Shown here one piece after another: positions 17,561 to 26,252 of a stretch of 64,000 bases of DNA. The notes under the pieces are model-generated. The model searched no databases and was not told the DNA's origin. It worked only from the letters and a program-made list of their open reading frames with translations. Position 1 is the first letter of the stretch, and each line of letters opens with the position of its first letter. The position numbers and the translations under genes are program-made. Source of the DNA: Clostridia bacterium (lineage in GTDB: Bacteria; Bacillota; Clostridia; Oscillospirales; Acutalibacteraceae); NCBI GenBank assembly GCA_017443405.1, contig JAFRXS010000208.1:625-64624 (forward strand). The letters are read 5' to 3'.

Positions 17561-18232
17561 TCACAGTTTACCGAGCTTCGCCATGACTATCGCGCCCAGG
17601 AGCGAGGAGATGACGCCGACGAACAGAAGGTTGCCGGAGGACATCGTGCCCGCGAAGATGAGTATCACGCACATCAGAACGACGGGGAAAACGCTTATCT
17701 TCAGGTGCTTCATGAAGTACGGAGCGCCCAGAGCGCCGAAAAGGGCGGGGACCACGTTTTTCAGAGCCGGAGCGAACGCCGAGCCCTCGGCCGTCAGATA
17801 CGGCAGCAGGGAGCGCAGCGGCAGGACGAACAGCGCGAGTATCACCGTCGTGACTATCGCCGAGGTCGAGATCGCGATGGTCGATATGACGTCGCCCTCC
17901 TCCGTGTCGCCTCTGACTCCCGCGTTGTCAAGAGCCGCGAGAGCGCAGGGGAGCTTTAAGTTGCTTATGTTGCCGGTCGTGAAGCAGAGGAAGATGCTGC
18001 CGACGCCGATGAGCGGCGTATAGGCGATGACCTCGACCGCGCCGGTCACGTAGAACAGCGGAGCGACCTTGACGAGTCCCGCGGCGACCGCGCCGCCTAT
18101 GCCGCGGACGCCGTAGCGCGCGCCGATGATCGCGGGGACGGCAAGCATAGCGGCGAGCAGGACGATATCCCACACCGTGCCGCGGATATACATGAGCTCG
18201 GAGTAGCTTCTTTCCTTCTTTTCCCTTGCCAT
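17561..18232 (-). CDS. polytopic membrane protein (unknown, putative transporter subunit)
   Basis: ORF 17561..18277. The likely start is MAREKKERSY at 18232, 2 nt after the upstream stop. About 6 hydrophobic helices. Confidence 0.5.
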   Translation of the reverse strand: MAREKKERSYSELMYIRGTVWDIVLLAAMLAVPAIIGARYGVRGIGGAVAAGLVKVAPLFYVTGAVEVIAYTPLIGVGSIFLCFTTGNISNLKLPCALAALDNAGVRGDTEEGDVISTIAISTSAIVTTVILALFVLPLRSLLPYLTAEGSAFAPALKNVVPALFGALGAPYFMKHLKISVFPVVLMCVILIFAGTMSSGNLLFVGVISSLLGAIVMAKLGKL

Positions 18233-18234
18233 GT

Positions 18235-19110
18235 TCACGCCCCCATTGCCGTTATCGCCGCCGCGACCGGACGCCATTCAAGATTCGCTATGCTTTCGGG
18301 CAGCACGCGCGAAAGCAGTACGCAGACCCCCAGAGCCGCGAACATCGAGATAGGCATCGCGAAATCTTTGAGCCAGCGTATGTTTTTCTTCTCGGCGAGA
18401 GTGCCGAGGATGAGCATGAATATCACGGCGGAAATGAGCGTCGCGACGGACAGCACGCCCGCGCCGTCGCCGTTGGACATGAATACGCCGTCGACCGTCT
18501 TGCCTGTGTCCTGCCCGATGAGCGAGCGCGCTACGAAAACGGCGATGAGTCCGATGAACGCGGCTGCGGAAAGAGCGTCTATGAGCTTCGGGTCCTTCGC
18601 CGCCGTGACCTTGTTCATCTTCTTTTTCAGGGTTTTGAGGACTATCGGAAGGATGATCAGCGGGCTTATGCTGCCGACTGTCATTACCCACGCGACCGTA
18701 GTGAAAACGGCGGGGTCGGTTATAGAGCTGCCGAGGCCGCCCGCTCCGGCAGCCTCGACCGCTGCGGAAGCGGCGGTCGTTTCATACATGATGTTGCCGA
18801 TGACCGTAAGGCGCATCCATGGCAGCACGATGCCCAGAGCAGGCGCGAGCGCGAGCACCGTCGCGACTATCGCGAGTGCGGGCGTGACTGTGAAGAGCGC
18901 GGAGGATATGATCGTGGAGCGCATCGTCCGGCTGTCCAGACCGAGTTTTTTCCCTCTGCGCCAGGCGTGGATGAGGAAGCTGAGGGACTGCGCGAGTATC
19001 AGCGCGACTATCCCCAGCCCGAGGGCTATCATGAAGCCGTTTTCTTTGAAGTCCTGCATGTTTGTCAAGTCCTTTTCGGTTAACAAGGATGAAGAGCGCG
19101 AAAGAGCCAA
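18235..19110 (-). CDS. polytopic membrane protein (unknown, putative transporter subunit)
   Basis: A 291-aa protein with multiple TM helices, tightly coupled to the next gene. Confidence 0.5.
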   Translation of the reverse strand: MALSRSSSLLTEKDLTNMQDFKENGFMIALGLGIVALILAQSLSFLIHAWRRGKKLGLDSRTMRSTIISSALFTVTPALAIVATVLALAPALGIVLPWMRLTVIGNIMYETTAASAAVEAAGAGGLGSSITDPAVFTTVAWVMTVGSISPLIILPIVLKTLKKKMNKVTAAKDPKLIDALSAAAFIGLIAVFVARSLIGQDTGKTVDGVFMSNGDGAGVLSVATLISAVIFMLILGTLAEKKNIRWLKDFAMPISMFAALGVCVLLSRVLPESIANLEWRPVAAAITAMGA

Positions 19111-19164
19111 AAAGACCCGGCCAAAGGCGATTCGGGTTCGACTCCCCTTACCCTAAGAAGTGAT

Positions 19165-20400
19165 TCAGCCGACCGTCCAGAGTCCGAGAGCGGGATTGCT
19201 TATATAGTAGAAGCCGTCGTGTTCCCCGTCCGTGAGAGTTTCGGGGTCGTAGAGCCGGGCGGCCTCGCCGTAGGGCATATAGTCGAAGCCCGCGCCGCGC
19301 ACCTCCCGCTCGGTGAGGTACCGGGTGCAGTAGGTGATCGAGAACCTGCCGTCGGACGAGCCGTGTATCAGGTGCGCCGCGACGGAAAGATTCGCCCTTA
19401 AGTCCTCGTTTTCGGCGACGAGCTCGAGTATCCTCTTCCGCCCGACGTAGCCGTATTTGCGGATGAGCCGGTCGTTTTCGTCGTCCTCGCCGAACCTGCG
19501 CACGCCCGGCGCGAGCACGACGAGGCTGCCGCCGTCGGCTATCGCCATCCTCGTGCGGTAGACCGCCTTGTTGCCCAGCCACGTGCTTTTGAATTCCGAC
19601 GGATCGAGGTAGACGACCGCCTTTTTTATCGGCTCCTTCATGTGGACGAGGTTCACGTCCTGCGAATGGCCGACCGCCTGCTCGAAGCTGCGTCTGCCCT
19701 CGCCGGAGTATATACCGCGAAGCACCGTTTCGCCCCCGTCGGAGGTCGTTACGGTCATGATATAGGATATCGGGAAGGCGGCGAGGAAATGCTCCTGCGC
19801 GTAGTCGAAGACCTTGCGGACGGGCGAGAAATCCCTGCCCATTATGCGCTCGAGCCCGTAGAACGCGCCGAGCATATGCGACGAGTTGATCATGGACGAG
19901 CCGCCGCAGCCGACGAAGATGTTTTTGGAGTAGTTCGCCATGCCGACGACCTCGTGAGGGACGACCTGACCGACGGAAACGATGAGGTCGTAGGACGGGT
20001 CGGCGATGAGGCGGTTGACTTCGACGTCTATCCTGTCGTTGACGAGCCCCTCGGAAACGGAGGAAACGAAGTCCGCAGGCACCTCGCCGAGCTTCACGAC
20101 GTCCGTGCGCCAGTTGTGGACTATCAGCTTTCCGGGGTCGACGCCCGGGCCGAAAAACTTCATGCTCTCTTCCGCCGTCATCGGCGCGTGCGTGCCCAGA
20201 GCGGGCATTATATCCACCCGCGCGCCGCGCGAGAGGAACATTTCGTTGAGTATTGCCGTTATCTTTCCCGCGCCGGAGTACATCCTCGTGAAATCCGGCG
20301 GGAGGATCAGTACTTTTTTGACGCTCCTGCCGCCGTAAAGCTCCTCGAGGAAGCCGCGCAGACGGGCGTCGCTTATGCCGTTATCGTCTTTGATAAACAT
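19165..20400 (-). CDS. LarA-like (DUF2088) nickel-pincer-dependent racemase/epimerase family protein
   Basis: A 411-aa protein. The layout KKVLILPPDFTRMYSG...DIMPALGTHAPMT...VPHEVVGM...GCGG resembles the lactate racemase N-terminal domain family. Confidence 0.5.
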   Translation of the reverse strand: MFIKDDNGISDARLRGFLEELYGGRSVKKVLILPPDFTRMYSGAGKITAILNEMFLSRGARVDIMPALGTHAPMTAEESMKFFGPGVDPGKLIVHNWRTDVVKLGEVPADFVSSVSEGLVNDRIDVEVNRLIADPSYDLIVSVGQVVPHEVVGMANYSKNIFVGCGGSSMINSSHMLGAFYGLERIMGRDFSPVRKVFDYAQEHFLAAFPISYIMTVTTSDGGETVLRGIYSGEGRRSFEQAVGHSQDVNLVHMKEPIKKAVVYLDPSEFKSTWLGNKAVYRTRMAIADGGSLVVLAPGVRRFGEDDENDRLIRKYGYVGRKRILELVAENEDLRANLSVAAHLIHGSSDGRFSITYCTRYLTEREVRGAGFDYMPYGEAARLYDPETLTDGEHDGFYYISNPALGLWTVG

Positions 20401-21938
20401 CAGTACACATCCGATTCAACGTAGTCGACGCCGAGGCTCCTCGCGTACTCGAAGCTGTCGGGGTCGTTGCAGGTCCATACCGCGAATTCGAGCCCTGCGT
20501 CGTGGAAGAGCTTTACCGCCTCCGGCGTCGCGATATAAACGTCCATATCCATAGAGAAACCGAGGTCGACGATGGTCTGCAGTTCTATTCTGTCCTTTTC
20601 GCCGCAGCCGTAGGTCATCATTATCGCGAGCTCCGGGTAGAGCCTTTTCGCGGTCTTGAGGTTGTCGAGGTCGAAGGACTGCAGTATCACCCTGTCCATG
20701 CGGTAGACCTCTTTGACGAGCTCGAAGGACCTGACCACGAGCTCCTCCGAGAATCTGCCCTTGAACTCGACGAAGCAGATAAGGCCGTATTCGCGGCATA
20801 TCTCGAGGTATCTTTTGAAGGTGCAGAGATATACGTCGCCGTTGTCGAACTTGTTGAACAGCGGCTGCGCCGTCAGCTCGGCGTAGGTCGAATCGGCGAC
20901 GACAAGCTTCGTGCCGTCGGCGAGGACGGCGGTATCGTCGTGAGAGCAGACGAGGACGCCGTCCTTTGTTGAGCGGATATCGGTCTCGACCCCGCCGGAA
21001 TAGTGCTTCGCCGCGGCGACGAAAGCCGCCTCGGTGTTCATCACGTATTTCGAGGAATAGCCCCTGTGACCGATAAGCGTGATGCCCTGCGCTACCGTCT
21101 CGATGAACGGCGCGAGTGAGCAGACGAAACTGTCCGGGCTGTGGCTGTGCCACGCGACGGCTATATTCAGCCTGCGGCTGTACATCACTATCTGACCTAT
21201 CATGCCGCCCTTGCTCAGAAAGCTCGTGTGGCCCTCTTTTTTAAGGCAGATCTCGTTTTTTTCGGCGTAGTCGACCCACTGCTCGCTCAGCAGCCTTTTG
21301 CCGTCCCATACGCCGCGGTCAAGATAAAGCTTTCCGAGCTTGACGACGTCGGACGCCCTCATCGACGAGCCGGACGAGCCGACCGTGTAGCCCTGCGGGC
21401 AGCGCGCCCACGATACCTGGCGGAAGCCCATCGGCTTGAGAAGCTCGTCGTAAATGAACTGATCCGCGATCTTGCCCGTGACCGCGGTTATGACTCTTGA
21501 CAGCAGGTAATGGGCCGTGTCCGTGTATTTCGCGACTGAGCCCGGCTCGCTGACGGGCGGACAGTCAAAGGCGGTTTTGAGCCAGTTGCAGCCCGCCTTC
21601 GCCGTAAGTTCATCGTCGTCTATATTGATCACCTCGCGGTCGATGCCCATGCGGTGCTGCAGGCAGTTGAGGACCGTCACGCGGTCCCATATAGGGTCGT
21701 AATCAAAATCTATCTGACCGCGCAGAAGGTCCGTCAGCCTGTCCTCCGGTTTTACTAGGCCGCGGTCGATGAGGACTCCGATCGCGGTCGAGATGAATAT
21801 CTTTGTGACGGAGTAATTCTCGCTGCAGGGGTTGCAGGGGCAGTAATAACGCTCCTCCGCGCCCTCGTCCGAAATCATCGCGATATCGTAGACGTCGATG
21901 TGCTCGCGTTTTATGTAACGTTCGACTTTTTCAAGCAT
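20400..21938 (-). CDS. fusion protein: beta-lactamase/PBP-fold serine hydrolase (N) + glycerophosphodiester phosphodiesterase domain (C)
   Basis: The N-terminal half has SxxK (SVTK) in a class-C-like context. The C-terminal half has GHRGYSS...NTEAAF...GVETDIRSTKDGVLVCSHDDT, the GDPD signature (HRG, E.D, H.D). Confidence 0.7.
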   Translation of the reverse strand: MLEKVERYIKREHIDVYDIAMISDEGAEERYYCPCNPCSENYSVTKIFISTAIGVLIDRGLVKPEDRLTDLLRGQIDFDYDPIWDRVTVLNCLQHRMGIDREVINIDDDELTAKAGCNWLKTAFDCPPVSEPGSVAKYTDTAHYLLSRVITAVTGKIADQFIYDELLKPMGFRQVSWARCPQGYTVGSSGSSMRASDVVKLGKLYLDRGVWDGKRLLSEQWVDYAEKNEICLKKEGHTSFLSKGGMIGQIVMYSRRLNIAVAWHSHSPDSFVCSLAPFIETVAQGITLIGHRGYSSKYVMNTEAAFVAAAKHYSGGVETDIRSTKDGVLVCSHDDTAVLADGTKLVVADSTYAELTAQPLFNKFDNGDVYLCTFKRYLEICREYGLICFVEFKGRFSEELVVRSFELVKEVYRMDRVILQSFDLDNLKTAKRLYPELAIMMTYGCGEKDRIELQTIVDLGFSMDMDVYIATPEAVKLFHDAGLEFAVWTCNDPDSFEYARSLGVDYVESDVY

Positions 21939-22728
21939 TTATCTCATCTCCGTGGAAATACGTTCCTATGCTGTGGCCGTCAAAGAGCTTGTAGATATCG
22001 TCAGGGTCGGCGCCGTTCATCAGCACGGTGTCTATCCCTGCCTCAGCCGCGCTTTTCACCGCGCTGAGCTTCGTGACCATGCCGCCCGTGCCGCGCGTAG
22101 AGCCGGCGGAGCCCGCGGAATCGAGCATCTCCTCCGTCACACGGCGGACGTCGGTTATCAGCCGGGCGTCCTCGTCCGTCCTCGGGTCGGCGGTATAAAG
22201 ACCGTCGATATCGCTGAGTATCACGAGAGCGTCGGCGTTTATCAGCTTCGCGACCGTGGCGGAAAGATTGTCGTTGTCGCCGAAAACTATCTCCTCGACC
22301 GCGATGCCGTCGTTTTCGTTGATGACGGGTATAACGCCGTAGGAGAACATCTTCTCGAAGGCGTTGATGAGGTTCGTGCGCCTTTCGTCGTTTTCGACGT
22401 CGCTGCGCGTCATGAGCAGCTGACCTATGTTCTTGCCGTACTCGAGAAACGCCTTGTCGTACATATATATCAGCTCGCACTGACCGATACAGGACGCCGC
22501 CTGACGCGAGCGCGTGTCCTCCGGGCGTTTTTCGAGGCCGAGCTTGCTGACTCCGACCGCTATGGCGCCCGAGGTCACGAGTGCTATGTCGAGCCCGCGG
22601 TTGGAAAGGTCCGACAGGACCCTCGCGAGCGCGCGCAGACGGCGGATATTCGGCTTGTGGTTCTCGTAGGTCAGGGTCGAAGTGCCGACCTTAAATACTA
22701 TACGGTGTTTTTTCTCAAACTGATTCAT
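21931..22728 (-). CDS. proB: glutamate 5-kinase (short form without PUA domain)
   Basis: RIVFKVGTSTL, VTSGAIAVG, IPVINENDG and GTGGMVTKL are typical ProB amino-acid-kinase motifs. At 265 aa the protein has no room for a PUA domain. Confidence 0.85.
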   Translation of the reverse strand: MNQFEKKHRIVFKVGTSTLTYENHKPNIRRLRALARVLSDLSNRGLDIALVTSGAIAVGVSKLGLEKRPEDTRSRQAASCIGQCELIYMYDKAFLEYGKNIGQLLMTRSDVENDERRTNLINAFEKMFSYGVIPVINENDGIAVEEIVFGDNDNLSATVAKLINADALVILSDIDGLYTADPRTDEDARLITDVRRVTEEMLDSAGSAGSTRGTGGMVTKLSAVKSAAEAGIDTVLMNGADPDDIYKLFDGHSIGTYFHGDEINA

Positions 22729-25183
22729 CTTTTATCTCCGTTGTATCGGCGGCGCCTCCCTCGAAGAGGCTCCTTGCGTATTTTACGGACCCGGGCGCGT
22801 CGCGGCTGTAGGAATCCGCGCCTATTTCGGCGGCGTATTCCGCGGTGAGCACCGCGCCGCCGACCATGACCTTGGTTCCGGGCGATAATTCGTGCACGAG
22901 CTTTACCGTTTGCGCCATCGCGGGCAGGGTGGTCGTCATCAGCGCGGACAGCCCGACGAGGCGTATCCCGTTGTCTCTCGCGGCAGTCGCGACCGCCTCG
23001 GGCGGGACGTCGCGGCCGAGGTCGAGCACCTCGAAGCCGCTGTTTTCAAGCAGGGCGCGCACGATGTTCTTGCCTATGTCGTGGACGTCGCCGGACACCG
23101 TCGCGAGCAGTACCCTGCCCTTGGGGTCCGCGCAGGTCCCCTCGTTTTTGAGCGCTTCCCTTATCACGTCGAAGGCCGCCTGCGCCGCGTTCGCCGACGC
23201 GAGAAGAGCGGGAAGGAAGATCCTTTTCGCGCCGTAGGCGTCGCCCGTCTTTTCGAGGGCGGGGACTATACATGCGTTGATTATATCCTGCGGCGGCCTG
23301 TCTTTGAGAAGCTGAGCGCAAAGGCTTTTCGCTTCGTCGGACCTGCCGCCCGTGACGGCGGAGATCAGCCTGCCCTCCGGCGTTTCGTAGGCTTCCGTCG
23401 AGGGACCGGCGGACGTCCCCGGAGTTTTTATTGACTCCTGCGCCGCGGCGGGGTGCTCCTCGCAGAACGCGACGTAGTCCTTAAAATCCCCGTCGCGCCC
23501 GGTAAGAGCGCGGAACGCGCGGAAAGCTCCCGACACGGCGGCGTCGCATGGGTTGACTATCGCGGCGGAGAGACCGTGAGTCAGCGCCATGGTAAGGAAT
23601 ACGGAATTGATGAGCTCGCGGCGGGGAAGACCGAAGGAGACGTTGGAAACTCCCAGAGCCGTCCTTCCGCCTTTCGCGGCGATCTCCGAGAGCGCGCCGA
23701 GAGTTATCTGCGCCGCTTCCGGGTCGACGCCTACGGTCATCGTGAGCGCGTCGACGATTATGTCTTTCTTTTTTATGCCGTATTTTTCCGCTTCAGCGTA
23801 TATCCTGCCGGCCGCCGCGACCCGCCGCTCCGCGGTATCGGGTATGCCGTTTTCGTCTATCGTAAGGGCGATGAGCGCGCCGCCGTATTTCTTCGCGAGA
23901 GGGAACACGGCGTCCATGACGTCCTGCCGCGCGTTGACGGAGTTGATGAGGGGCCTGCCGTTGTACGCGCGCAGCGCAGCCTCCATCGCCGACGGGTCGG
24001 ACGTGTCTATCTCGAGCGGCAGCGGGCAGGAAGCCTGTATCTTGCCGATGAGAGCGGTGAGCGCCGCTTTTTCGTCTATGCCCGGCACGCCGACGTTGAC
24101 GTCGAGGATGTCCGCTCCGGCGGCGAACTGCTCCGCGGCGAGGGTGACGGCGGTCTCGCTGTCCCCGGCCTTGAGCGCGGCCTTGAGCTTCGGCTTGCCT
24201 GTGGGGTTTATCCTTTCGCCGATCATGACAGGCGATCTGCCTATCTCGACGCTGCGGGCGTAGGACGTTACGAAGCATCTGCCGTTTTCGCGGACGGGAA
24301 GCGGCTCGAGCTCCGATACGGCGCTTACCATCGCCGAGATATGCTCCGGCGTCGTGCCGCAGCAGCCGCCGAATATCCGGGCGCCGAGCTTCGCCGCCTC
24401 TGTCATGTCGCGGGCGAATTCCGATGGAGTCAGCCTGTATACCGCCCTGCCGTTCACTATCTCCGGCATGCCGGCGTTCGGCGAGACCATTACCGGCAGC
24501 GAGCAGGCGCCGGTCAGCATCGGGACCAGCTTCGGGATGACGTCGGGTCCGGTGCCGCAGTTCATCCCGCCGGCGATGACGCCCAGCCCCTCGAGCATCG
24601 GCATGACCGCGTAGGGGTCCGCGCCGCACTGCGTCTTCCCGCCGGAGTCGTAGGTCGCGGTCACGATGACCGGAACGTCCGAATTCTCCTTCGCCGCGAG
24701 GACCGCCGCCTTCATCTCGAGCGTGTCGCTCATCGTTTCGATGAGTATAACGTCCGGGCGGTGTTTTGCCGCAGCCCTTACGGACTCGGCGAAATGCCCC
24801 ACCGCCTCGTCGAACGGAAGGTCGCCGAAGGGCTCTATGAGCCTGCCGAGCGGACCGATATCGAACGCTTTATAACGCTGTTTGCCGCCGACTGAGGCTA
24901 TCGCCTCGTCCGCGCGGGCGAAGGCGGCGTCGATCAGGTCGACATAGGAAAGGCCCTCCCCCTCGGGGAAGGCGAGCCTGTTCGCGCCGAAGGTGTTGAG
25001 GGTCAGAACGTCGCTGCCCGCCCCGAGATAAAGAGAGTGCAGACGGACGGTCTCCTCAGGCCTGTTTATGTTCCACAGCTCCGGACGTTCTCCGGCGGAC
25101 AGGCCGCGCTCCTGAAGATAGGTGCCCGTCGCTCCGTCGAAGAAGACGAAACCGCTTTTGAGTTTTTCCTCAAACGTCATCAA
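22715..25183 (-). CDS. metH: methionine synthase (Hcy S-methyltransferase + pterin-binding + B12-binding modules; no AdoMet reactivation module)
   Basis: The N-terminus has FFDGATGT and GGCCGTTP (the Zn/Hcy domain). The pterin-binding middle region follows. SGDVHDIGKNIV supplies the DxHxxG cobalamin motif. The ORF ends about 120 aa after that motif. Confidence 0.85.
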   Translation of the reverse strand: MMTFEEKLKSGFVFFDGATGTYLQERGLSAGERPELWNINRPEETVRLHSLYLGAGSDVLTLNTFGANRLAFPEGEGLSYVDLIDAAFARADEAIASVGGKQRYKAFDIGPLGRLIEPFGDLPFDEAVGHFAESVRAAAKHRPDVILIETMSDTLEMKAAVLAAKENSDVPVIVTATYDSGGKTQCGADPYAVMPMLEGLGVIAGGMNCGTGPDVIPKLVPMLTGACSLPVMVSPNAGMPEIVNGRAVYRLTPSEFARDMTEAAKLGARIFGGCCGTTPEHISAMVSAVSELEPLPVRENGRCFVTSYARSVEIGRSPVMIGERINPTGKPKLKAALKAGDSETAVTLAAEQFAAGADILDVNVGVPGIDEKAALTALIGKIQASCPLPLEIDTSDPSAMEAALRAYNGRPLINSVNARQDVMDAVFPLAKKYGGALIALTIDENGIPDTAERRVAAAGRIYAEAEKYGIKKKDIIVDALTMTVGVDPEAAQITLGALSEIAAKGGRTALGVSNVSFGLPRRELINSVFLTMALTHGLSAAIVNPCDAAVSGAFRAFRALTGRDGDFKDYVAFCEEHPAAAQESIKTPGTSAGPSTEAYETPEGRLISAVTGGRSDEAKSLCAQLLKDRPPQDIINACIVPALEKTGDAYGAKRIFLPALLASANAAQAAFDVIREALKNEGTCADPKGRVLLATVSGDVHDIGKNIVRALLENSGFEVLDLGRDVPPEAVATAARDNGIRLVGLSALMTTTLPAMAQTVKLVHELSPGTKVMVGGAVLTAEYAAEIGADSYSRDAPGSVKYARSLFEGGAADTTEIKDESV

Positions 25184-26042
25184 AGCACAGCCCCTTGAGG
25201 TTCGCCTGTATCGCCCGCGCGATCTCCGGCTTGTTCATAGTGTAGAGATGTATCCTGTCGACGCCGTTGGCGACGAGCTCGAGTATCTGCTCCGTCGCGT
25301 AGATTATCCCCGCGCGTTTCATGCTCTCGGGGTCGGAGCCGAAACGGTCGAGCAGGGAAGTGAACTTGCGCGGCAGCGCCGTGCCGGTCATATCGCGCGT
25401 GCGGATGATCTGCTTTACGTTGGTTATCGGCATTATGCCGGCGAGCACCGGGACGGTTATCCCCGCCTCGCGGATCTGATAGAGGAAGTTATACATGATG
25501 TTGTTGTCGAAGAACATCTGCGTCGTCAGAAAATCGCAGCCGGAATCGACCTTGATCTTCAGGTTTTCTATGTCCTTTTTCCTGTTCTCGCACTCGGGAT
25601 GCCCCTCGGGGTAGCAGGCGGCGCCCACGCAGAAATCGCCCTTTTCCCTGATGAACGGGATGAGCTCGCTCGTGTGCGCGAAAACGCCGGGCTCCTTTAT
25701 GCCCTCGCGCGGAACGTCCCCCCTGAGCGCCATGATATTCTCTATCCCCGCCGACTTCATCTCGTTTATCTGTCGTTCGAGCGCTTCGAGCCCTGAGCCT
25801 ATGCAGGTCATGTGCGCGAGAGCGGGCACTCCGTACTCGTTCTGGATGCGCGACGCGATCTCCGTCGTGTTGCGGCTGTTCGAGCCTCCCGCGCCGTAGG
25901 TCACGCTCATGAAGGCGGGCTTCAGCGCGGCTATCCCGAGAGCGGCGGCAGTCACGCCGTCGTGCCTGTCGTCGTTTTTCGGCGGAAAGACCTCGAAGGA
26001 AAGAAGAGGTCCGCCGGTGGAAAACAAGTCGGTTATTTTCAT
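25170..26042 (-). CDS. metF: 5,10-methylenetetrahydrofolate reductase
   Basis: LSFEVFPPK, TYGAGGS, HMTC, IENIMALRGD and CYPEGHPE are typical MetF blocks. Confidence 0.85.
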   Translation of the reverse strand: MKITDLFSTGGPLLSFEVFPPKNDDRHDGVTAAALGIAALKPAFMSVTYGAGGSNSRNTTEIASRIQNEYGVPALAHMTCIGSGLEALERQINEMKSAGIENIMALRGDVPREGIKEPGVFAHTSELIPFIREKGDFCVGAACYPEGHPECENRKKDIENLKIKVDSGCDFLTTQMFFDNNIMYNFLYQIREAGITVPVLAGIMPITNVKQIIRTRDMTGTALPRKFTSLLDRFGSDPESMKRAGIIYATEQILELVANGVDRIHLYTMNKPEIARAIQANLKGLCFDDV

Positions 26043-26123
26043 ATTTCCGGATCCTTTTCGGAGGTTTTTGACCGTTTACCGGTGTTTGCGTACAATGCGA
26101 CATTTTTATTCATCGTAACCCGT

Positions 26124-26151
26124 ATTTTACCATAACCGCAACGGGTTGTAA
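26124..26151 (-). promoter_or_regulatory. candidate promoter for metF-metH-proB (extended -10)
   Basis: On the minus strand: TTACAA (complement 26146-26151), 16-nt spacer, TGGTAAAAT (complement 26124-26132). Confidence 0.4.
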
Positions 26152-26164
26152 AGTGCTTTATCGG

Positions 26165-26193
26165 TTGACTTGTGAGCTTATATATGATATAAT
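26165..26193 (+). promoter_or_regulatory. consensus sigma-A promoter heading locus operon 1
   Basis: TTGACT (26165-26170), 17-nt spacer, TATAAT (26188-26193). It sits about 60 nt upstream of the ATG at 26253, which has an AAGAAGG RBS. Confidence 0.65.
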
Positions 26194-26252
26194 TATTATA
26201 GATTGGTATATTGTCCCTTAGTGGTTGATCAGTCGGCCATATTGAAGAAGGC

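Noticed and set aside
26043-26123. A possible SAM (S-box) riboswitch or T-box leader upstream of metF-metH.
   Set aside because: The leader from the predicted promoter to the ATG is only about 75 nt. I could not find the conserved SAM-I core elements or a terminator/antiterminator pair. One short hairpin (AACCCGT...ACGGGTT) overlaps the promoter itself.
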